From positions 1 to 13,200 of the forward strand of contig NW_003314555.1 in the NCBI RefSeq assembly GCF_000143415.4: a stretch of 13,200 nt of DNA. The letters run 5' to 3'. Origin of the DNA: Selaginella moellendorffii (lineage: Eukaryota > Plantae > Lycopodiophyta). Shown here piece after piece: positions 1 to 7,980 of the stretch. The number at the start of each line of letters is the position of its first letter. Position 1 is the stretch's first letter. The position numbers were made by a program, and so were the translations under genes. Under the pieces are notes generated by a model. The model did no database searches. It had not been told where the DNA came from and saw nothing but the letters and a program-made list of their open reading frames with translations.

Positions 1-599
1 CGGTGTTCCGAAATGTTATCCCAAAGTCCCAGACTATGGAAAGGAAGAGGAGTAGCCCTCTAGTGTGGTGACCAAGGACATAGTCACACAGTGAGGAAGT
101 CCCAAAGGATAGTGGGACTTAGTGGTCGGGTCTGTGAGCCTTGATCCAATGGCAATGGTGGCGAACATAGCCATGGATAGAAAGGGACTTGGTAGGGACT
201 GGAACAAAGATATTGGGGAAGGCTATTCCCCATATTTGTGGGCATCCTAAGGATGCTAAGGAGTGGATCTAGGATGACCACTCATGGACGGATGGCCCAG
301 TCTTTGAGAGATGGGATTGCAATGTAGGTGGTGTTGGACCACCGATGTGACCAAGGTGAATGGGCATGGCCTAGCGTAACAGGCTGATATGTCAGTGGTA
401 CCTTGGGGTGTCGGTCATGGGATCGGACACGTGGAGCACTTGGACCAAGTGCAAAGGTTGAGTGGCATGGATGTCATTTTCGGTGTTAGCAAGCCCCAAG
501 TCCTGAATTGGACTTATGGAGGTTGTGAGTGAGACTCTTCCTAGTGGCCGGAGAGGTGGTTAAGTGACTAAAGTAGAATGAAAAAATTAATCGCTTACA
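1..599 (-). mobile_element. Possible LTR-like repeat segment, cut by the window start
   Basis: No credible ORF; G-rich on + with recurring short motifs (GTGACCAAGG twice, GGGACT repeatedly). On -, a short purine run (AGGGG, 604-600) directly precedes TGTAAG at 599, a PPT-TG-like boundary. No second LTR copy is visible. Confidence 0.3.
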
Positions 600-614
600 C
601 CCCTATGATAAGAT

Positions 615-743
615 TAGTCCCTCAATATTGCTATATAGTAACTTACTGTGTCTGCCAAACACCCTCGCTATCATGCCTTATATATTGGTTCTGTTTCAGA
701 TCCATATGCTTATGATAAGTGTTTAAATCTGCCAAAGAGGCAT
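615..743 (+). repeat. Dispersed repeat copy A (inverted relative to copy B at 2163-2294)
   Basis: Aligns to the reverse complement of 2163-2294. Identical blocks TAGTCCCTCAATATTGCTA (615-633) and TGCCAAACACCCTCGCTATCAT (653-674); the rest differs largely by transitions plus a net 3-nt length difference. Confidence 0.9.
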
Positions 744-760
744 GCAGGACTATCAACCAT

Positions 761-1447
761 GTGGAAAACTATTTTATAGTGGTAGACGAAGATGATCATA
801 TGAAAGTTACGAGCGTGCAATCCTTTTTCACCAATCATGCCAAAACTTGGTGGTGCCATATGTGCACTAAAAAAGGGTAAATTAGAAGTTGGACTAAGAT
901 GTGGTATCCATAAAGAATACTTATTAGAAGATCTTGGTCTGAAACTTCATGTTGAGCTGTGGCAGTTAAAGCAGGTTTGCTAAAAAATGTATTATAATTG
1001 CAAATATGAGTGGTGAAGATGCTCGAAGTTATTTTTTGGAAGGTTTGAGTTTACTTTCTCGCAATGAGATTTTGAAGTTTAAGCCGAAGACATATCTGGA
1101 GTGTAAAGAGGCAGCACAACAAGTTTCCTTTAGTCATTTGCTCATGAAATAGTATCAACAGCTGTATGCTGGTACCTTGGACAAAAATAAGAACTTTGAG
1201 AATAAACAAGGTGATTGGAAATCGAGAGTGGAAGGAATGTTCTACCCTAAAAGCTCACAAATAATGGTTAACAAAGGTGGTGGTTGGCAACCACTAGCAA
1301 CTTCTTCTAGTCCTAAGCCCTTTGTCCCTCCTCCTAGTGGGTATAAGTAGCAGCAACTTTGTGAAATCTACTCCTAGTGGAATAGGTAGTGTGGGTTATT
1401 GCTTCCATTGTGGAGAGACAAAATATAAATCCTTGGAATGTCCTAAT
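761..1447 (+). mobile_element. gag: Degenerate Ty3/Gypsy gag (capsid + decayed CCHC zinc knuckle)
   Basis: Manual translation gives VENYFIVVDEDDHMKVTSVQSFFTNHAKTWW, then EDARSYFLEGLSLLSRNEILKFKPKTYLECKEAA, and C-F-H-C-G-E-T-K-Y-K-S-L-E-C at 1400-1441 (CX2CX4HX4C with H replaced by Y). Interrupted by stops and frameshifts. Confidence 0.8.
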
Positions 1448-2152
1448 TGTAGCATATGTGGTTTTTACCCTTTATCCTATGGTGGTTTACCATAGGATAA
1501 CCATGAAGCAGAACCTAAACCCTCCATGTGCCATGTGACAAATGCCATATGTCATATGCCACGTGTCCAATGGAACGTGGTGTGGAACCTGAGTTTCAGG
1601 GCCTTGGGCCACTAAATGAAGGAACAGTGCCAAACTCCCAAGCGTGGAGCCAAGGAGCAATGGCACTAGAGCATGGAGCAATTCCCAAGCAAACAGCCCA
1701 GGGAGTGAAGGGATAGAAGCCTGGAGCGACTTGGAACAGTCCTAGAGCAACTGACCAGTATGCAAAACAAAGCCAAATGGAGTCTGGTGCTATTTTAGTA
1801 TACTGATGGCTTAACGCAAAGACATAGGTACTCCACCAACTAGCATGATGTGGAACTTGGGCTTAGACCCAAACTGAATGCAGAACAAGGATAGGCACGC
1901 AAGTGAGAGTTAGGCTATGCCTTAGGTTGGTCGGCTATGCCCAACTTACCCACTATCCCTACTATACATTTGGAACCCCTACAGCCCTCCCTCGCCCTTG
2001 AGGAACACACACTTTGGGCTTTCACCCCAACCCTCCCTTAGTATTAGGAGTTAGTCTTTAGGACAAGCTCAAAACTTATTAAATATGGAATGTCCCTAGA
2101 TTGTGAATTTGGACATGAGACGAACACCATTGTGTTCAGGTCAATCTCTACA
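1448..2152. mobile_element. Putative solo/orphan LTR (~705 bp)
   Basis: Starts TGTAG at 1448, right where the gag similarity stops, and ends CTACA at 2148-2152 (5-bp terminal inverted repeat, TG..CA). No credible ORF; recurring TGGAAC/TGGAGC motifs. Flanks (CTAAT / TTCCG) do not form a TSD. Confidence 0.45.
1472..1500. repeat. Perfect 12-bp inverted repeat with 5-nt loop
   Basis: TTATCCTATGGT (1472-1483) GGTTT ACCATAGGATAA (1489-1500). Confidence 0.9.
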
Positions 2153-2162
2153 TTCCGTAGAT

Positions 2163-2294
2163 ATGCCAAATGAGCAAATCTTAACACTTTCCATTAATAG
2201 CATTTGAGGCTAAAATGAGACTAACACAAAGGGTATGATAGCGAGGGTGTTTGGCAAACATGGTAAGGTATCATCTAGCAATATTGAGGGACTA
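2163..2294 (-). repeat. Dispersed repeat copy B (inverted copy of 615-743)
   Basis: Reverse complement reads TAGTCCCTCAATATTGCTAGATGATACCTTACCATGTTTGCCAAACACCCTCGCTATCAT..., matching 615 onward. Confidence 0.9.
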
Positions 2295-2492
2295 GTTTTA
2301 ATATGTGAGGGTTCTTGTCAAGCCAGTGCAAGACAGAGTAAAAGAGAACTAACAAGCTAGGCCAAGTATGCTTGGCTAAATAAATACTTAAGAATTCCTT
2401 CCTTATGCTCGTCCGGCCAAGTATAGATGCAAAGTCCAATTTACTAACACTTGAATAAAAGGGATTAATAAAGGGTCTAGCAATACCGAACT

Positions 2493-5222
2493 TCCTACCA
2501 CTGTGGAAGTAAGGAAAGAGTGTCCATAAGGACTGGCCGATAGATAACTTTCAATACCCGAAATCACATTCACAACACTAACAAGCATAAGACAAAGTCT
2601 TGTGTTATTGTCATGAGGGAAAATAGTGGTGGTGAAGCTGAAGGGGTTGACTAGTTGGTCAATGCAAACTATAAGGAAGAGGAGGTGAGTTATTTTCGTT
2701 AATTTCCTCAAGTTTTTCTCACAATCAATGCAAGCACTTATATGTTGATATATCTAGTAGGCTTTGTTTGTAAATACCAAATCCAAGTGATGATTGACAC
2801 GGGAGTTATATATAACATGATATCTAAAGATTTAGTTAAGTTGTTATGATTTAATGTTAAGTAAATGTTGCCCATACACTTTTGATTTGCAGAAGGTGGA
2901 TAAGTAGCTAGAAGATTTGTGAGTGATGTTCTAATAAAAATATCTAAGTGGAAAGAAAAATTAGATTTGGTAGTGTTGAAGATACCAGATTTTTAGATGG
3001 TATTTAGTATGGATTTCTTCAACAAATATATCAAAAGGATTTATGGTGCTAGACAAAGTTGCATCATATTGAGGTTAGAAAAACATCCTGATATATCCTT
3101 CCAATTGTAAAAGTGCGCTTCAAAGGATTGGGATGCTAAATTCCTGATTGGGAGGCTCAAAAAGTAGCTAAGAAGGAATGTCAAACCTTTTGGATTCAAG
3201 TGATGGAAGTTGAGAGTGATGGTGACTCAATTTGAATTGGTGATGGGGTTGATTTTGTACCAAAAAAAATATTGAAGTTGTTGGTGTGATATCTTTCTAA
3301 AGGATTTGCCATTATAGCTATGAGATTGATCGTTGGATTGAGATTGTTTTAAGTTCTAAACCATCTATGAAAGCTCTATATTGTTTGAACATCAAAAAGA
3401 TAGCTGAACTCAAGAAGCAATTTATAAAGCTTCTTGACAAATGTCATATCTAACTATGCAAATCACCTTATGGAGTGTTAGTGTTTTATGTTATGAAAAA
3501 AGATGGCACTATGAAGATGTGTATTAATTATTGAGCTCTTAACAAGATTACAGTAAAAAATAATTATCTTTGACCTTACATTGATGATTTGTTTGACCAA
3601 AGTATTTTATGTGACTTGATTTGCAATCTAGGTATCATTAAATATGGGTGGTAAATTAAGATGTGGAGAAAACATCCTTAAGACTTGATATAAATCATAT
3701 AAGTTCTTTGTTATGCCATTTGGGTTATGTAATGCTTTAGTAATATTCAATACAATGATGGATAGAATATTTGGATATATTTGTTGTCCTATATTTTGAC
3801 GATATTCTAGTCTTCAGTGAAACATTGGAGGATCATTTGAAACACTTGGAGCTAGTATTTCAAAAGTTCTGTGAACACAAATTGTATGCTAAGGAAAGTA
3901 AATGTGTTTTTAGACAATTGCACATGAATTTTCTTGGGCATATAGTCGATAGTGGTGTAATTGAGGTGGATCCAAAGAAGGTGGAAGTGGTGAAGTACTA
4001 GGAAGTCTTAACCACTATATCAAATATTCATTTCTTTCTCGGTTTGGTGGGATATTATTGTAAATTTGTTTGCAATTTTGTAAGTATTGCTCTTCTGTCG
4101 ACTGAGTTAACAAAAAGTAGTATAATGTTTTATTAGACACTAGTTTATCAACGTGCTTTTGTGTGGTTGAAAGAGATCTTCACTATGGTTCTTATTCTTA
4201 GGATCCTAGATCTTGAAAAACTCTTTGAAATGCATTATGATACATCTAACTATGTTATAGATGCCGTGTTGCAACAAGATTTTGACAATGCGGTTGGTGT
4301 TACGCTAAGAGGACACAATTGTCTTGTTGCATTTTATTTCAAGAAATTGGATAAAACCCAATAAAGATGGCTAACATATGAGAAAGAGATATTTGTTATA
4401 GTGTCGGCATTGGAACACTAGATACATTATTTAGGTGGACATACCAAGGTTTATATGGATAGTGACACATTGAGTTACTTCGCTACATAATTAAAGCTTC
4501 TCTTACCAATAAACTTGCTTCAGCATAAGCTTGTTAGATTTGATGTTGAAATCATCTATAAACTTGATAGAGACAATATTGTTTTAGATGTGTTGAGTCA
4601 TCAGGCTCAATTTGAGGCAATGTCAACAATCAATTTGGATTGGTTGGAGGACATTCAAGTTTTATATAAAAGTGATCCATTAGCAAAGGCAATCTTGCAC
4701 TATATGGAGTTATCAAAGTAGAACCCTGGTAGCAAAGTGGCAAAAGTTGCTAATTGTGTTAATGTAAAGTTTCACTTTTCAATTCGGGATGGGCTTATTT
4801 TCTATAAGCAAAAAAGATTGTATCTTCCGTCCAAGGATTTGCAACAGATGTTTTTACAAGAACATCATGATGTTCCAATAGTGGGACATGGTGGAAAATG
4901 AAAGACTCTTGCTTCATTAAAAAAAGGATTTTTCTAATCTAGTATGGAAGGTGATATAGTGGATTATGTTCTTTCTTGCCTTATATGCCAGCAGTGTAAA
5001 TGAAGAACTGAAAAACAAGTTGGGAAATTATAGTGCATTTTAATACCGACATGGCCATTTTAGAGTGCGACATTTGACTTCATCACTTGCTTGCCAAAGT
5101 CGAAAAGTTATGACACTTTAATGGTGGTTATGGATCAGTTGTCAAAGATTGCACATTTCATTCCAACTGAAGAAACAATGAATATGAAGTAAGTAGCAAT
5201 GCTCTTTTTCCATGAAATAATC
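2493..5222 (+). mobile_element. pol: Degenerate Ty3/Gypsy gag end + pol (protease, RT, RNase H, integrase truncated in the core)
   Basis: Decayed knuckle SYHCGSKE..CP (2493-2526); protease VMIDTG (DTG 2796-2804); RT motifs KKDGTMKMCINY*ALNKITVKN, VMPFGLCNA and YFDD (3792-3803); RNase H FEMHYDTSNYVIDAVLQQ..VAFYFKKL..YEKE; integrase HHDVPIVGHGG..CLICQQCK and DFITCLPKSKSYDTLMVVMDQLSKIAHFIP. PR-RT-RH-INT order is Gypsy. Many in-frame stops and frameshifts. Confidence 0.95.
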
Positions 5223-5306
5223 CAAACCTCTTCACCTTATTCAACTCATCCACATCATTCCTCATCATGGCCAAAAATACATTGCTACCACTCACTCATA
5301 AGTCTT
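5223..5306 (-). mobile_element. Short inverted Gypsy integrase N-terminal (zinc-binding region) fragment
   Basis: The minus strand reads KTYE*VVAMYFWP then, after a frameshift, MRNDVDE, matching the KT..R...YFWP.M..DV segment between the HH and CC ligands of Gypsy integrases. Confidence 0.6.
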
Positions 5307-5319
5307 AGGAACTCTGGCA

Positions 5320-6015
5320 ACATTATGTGCAAGATTTCTTGAAGTGTCAATGCACGAAGCTAGATACTGCTAGGTTGTTACTTCCTTTTGAGATCCCAGG
5401 AGGATCCTTTTGATGGATTTTATATGATGCAGTATTGGTCCATTTCCTTCCAGTGGCACAGCTATTTATAAAAGATGTGTTCAACCCACGATTAACTGGC
5501 CACTTTTGGACTAGCCTTTTTTAAATGTATGGAAGTTTAGTTCTTATCTATCACCCTGATGGGCAAACCGAAAGGAACAAATCGTACATTGGAGGATATG
5601 TTAAGAAGTTATGTGGATAATTACATGAGAATATCTGCCCTGGTAACTTGAATTAACTCATCAAATGCATCTTATTTTCAGTGCCCTTAACAGTTCATGG
5701 AATTCTTTGATTGGCATGGCTCCTTTTTGTTCCTCGAAGTCCAGCCAATTGGTTGGCTAAGTTTCACATGGAGACTACTGTGAGGGATAAGTTGATGCAT
5801 GCTCAGAAACAGCAAAAGAAATATGCTAACCGTTACTAGCTACTATGCATTTGCTGATCGTACATATCCTATGATGTAAGTTATGAGTTAAAGCTCCCTG
5901 AAACGTGGAAGAAGATTTATCCTGTTTTCCATGTTTCGTTGCTTAAACCTTTTATGGATAATTATGCCAGTGTAGCGGCACCTAATTTCAAGATTGAAAC
6001 TAATTCTTGATGCAT
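5320..6015 (+). mobile_element. Second, heavily deleted Gypsy (chromovirus-like) integrase with GPY/F region and chromodomain start
   Basis: YVQDFLKCQCTK..LLLPFEIP..MDFI, LTGHFWTSLF, YHPDGQTER, LEDMLRSYV, then SYELKLPETWKKIYPVFHVSLLKPF and FKIET/ILDA (frameshifted). Confidence 0.85.
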
Positions 6016-6050
6016 GATAAAAGTGAAACAAGAGCTCAATGCATCAAGAA
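6004..6050. repeat. Perfect 12-bp inverted repeat with 23-nt spacer at the Gypsy/Copia junction
   Basis: TTCTTGATGCAT (6004-6015) and ATGCATCAAGAA (6039-6050). Confidence 0.85.
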
Positions 6051-7385
6051 CAATATGTATCACCGACAAAACCTAACCTCAAATGTTATTCCAACACTAC
6101 CTCCCCAAACTTTGACTCCCAACTTATGTCTAAGCTTGAAAAACATGGATTCTCCACGTGCCTTTGTGAAAATATCTGTACATTGGTATGCAGATTAAGT
6201 TGATTTTGCCATCTGTTGTTTTCTTCTGAACAAAGTGATGTTGGATGTCATGTGTTTCATCCTGGAGTGAAACACTGGAGTTTTTGACATGGCGATGCTT
6301 TTGTTGTTGCAGAATAATAGAGTCAGTTGTGACTATGCTTGTTTCAGGTTAATTAGCATTTTTTTGCCGATGATGCCACCATGTATTCTACCTTTGAACT
6401 TAAAAGTGCAACAGTGACTTGTTTTTTGCTAGTCCATGACACTGGTGCTCCCACCAACATATAGCAGATTCCTGTTCTGGAAAGTCTCATGTCTATATCC
6501 CCTGCCCAATCTGCATTTGAGTAGTGATCTGGAGAGCGATGAAAATTGATTCCCAACTCAGCTGTGCTACAAAGATATCACAAAACTCTCTTGGCCACTT
6601 GCCAATGAGCTACATTTGGTGAAGAATTGAATCTTTAAATGAGATATTTGATCATGTACTGTTAGCAAATTAAAGCAATCCTCCAACAAGTGACCTGTAC
6701 ATGCTTGCATCTTTGAATTGTTGATCCATCTCTTTGGAGAATTTCATGCCAGCAACCATGGGTGTAGGGGCTGAGTTGCATTTGCTGATAAGCAACTTAG
6801 AAATGTACATGGAGTGGGACAGTTTGATTGAACCATCTTGTCAATCACGTATACTTGTTCAGTCATCTTGAATCTTAACTTAAACTTTTCCTTAGTGCTG
6901 TTTACGAGTTTAAGTTGCCAACAAGTAAACAATCATCAACATAGACAGCAATGATCACAAAGCCTATATTTCTTTCCTTTTGATACAAATTCCCATCAGA
7001 ATTCAATCTGATGAAACCTTCTCCTCGAAGAAACTTATTGATGCAATGATACCATTGCCTTGATGAGACTCTAGACAGCTTTTTCTTAGCTTGCAAACTA
7101 ACTCTTGTCCATCCCAATCATTTGAAATTCTGACGGCTACTTCATCCAGAAGTCCTCTGCCAAAGGTCCATTCAGAAAAGTTTTTTTCACATCAAGATGA
7201 TGTGCTTCTAAGTGGTGTTGTGTAGCAAAGGTTAGCAAGGATGCTGGTTGCTTTGACTATCAACGAGAATGTCTCGTGATAATCGATTCCTACTACCTGA
7301 GAATAGCTCTATGCGACATGCCTATCTTGTATCTCTTGATGTCTCCATTTGTCACCAACTGTTTCACGTCTTGAAACCTTAGGCA
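6051..7385 (-). mobile_element. pol: Degenerate Ty1/Copia fragment: RT, RNase H, polypurine tract and start of the 3' LTR
   Basis: NGDIKRYK, YSQVVGIDYHETFS, HHLDVKKTFLNG, SSRQWY, AVYVDD, SNADWAGDIDMRLSRTG..VSWTSKKQVTVALLSSKVEYM, DIFTKA..FFKLRHKLGV. Followed by PPT-like GGGGAGGTAG (6106-6097) and TGTTGG from 6096. Multiple frameshifts; outer boundaries are approximate. Confidence 0.93.
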
Positions 7386-7489
7386 CATACTATTTTGTGC
7401 ATAAAAAGCCATTTCCTCTTACAGTGAGCCTTTTCTCTAGAAGCCAAAACAAATGTTCATGTGCAATGTTGACTTCAAAGAAGCCATAA

Positions 7490-7741
7490 AAGGGCAGGAA
7501 GCATAATGGAACTCTTCCCAGAACTCCCCATCACAGTCCGCCGGTCGCGCATGACAAGGACGGCACAGCTGAGCTCAAGCGGCTGGAGCAGATTGACCCC
7601 AAAGCGGTAGCTTCCGTTGCTCGAGCGCGGCGGTGCATCCATGCTGCCTGGTTCAAGGACAATCCCAGGCAAGCCTGCATAGCTGCTCTCGATCTCTACG
7701 CTCGCACCAAGAAACCTCGAATCAAGCCCTCGCGCGAGTAA
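7490..7741 (+). other. Start-less, GC-rich open frame (possible orphan terminal exon or gene fragment)
   Basis: 83 codons open between TAA 7487-7489 and TAA 7739-7741: ...PPVAHDKDGTAELKRLEQIDPKAVASVARARRCIHAAWFKDNPRQACIAALDLYARTKKPRIKPSRE*. CpG-rich, unlike the adjacent TE DNA. Candidate acceptor CACAG ends at 7536. No family recognised. Confidence 0.3.
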
Positions 7742-7822
7742 AATGCGGGCGGCAGCGATCAGGCACACAATTCCTCGAAATCTTGAATCGGACTCGTGGC
7801 ATTCATACCACACCTTACAGCC

Positions 7823-7828
7823 TTTATT
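7823..7828 (-). terminator. Candidate polyadenylation signal of the NTPase-REase-PHD gene
   Basis: AATAAA on - about 150 nt downstream of the stop codon at 7981, in an AT-rich 3' UTR-like stretch. Confidence 0.4.
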
Positions 7829-7980
7829 AAGTTACATATAGCTTTAAAAGATAAATGGAATGCACAATATCTGCAAACTTGAAGATGTTCCTAGACAAAA
7901 ATTATTGATACTTGTAGAACTGATGCAATTGACAGTTGTGGTGGTTGCTGACGATTGTTTGAGCTAAGCACACAGGCATC

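Noticed and set aside
2403-2711. 102-aa hydrophobic - strand ORF
   Set aside because: Antisense to the decayed gag end and knuckle preceding the Gypsy protease; TTG start.
761-6015. One intact or active Gypsy element
   Set aside because: Many stops and frameshifts, two gag knuckles, multiple integrase pieces, and no LTR pair, PBS or TSD found.
7475-7813. 112-aa - strand ORF as a fourth exon or separate gene
   Set aside because: GTG start, lies downstream of the stop and AATAAA of the PHD gene, and has no motifs; the + frame at 7490-7741 looks more protein-like.
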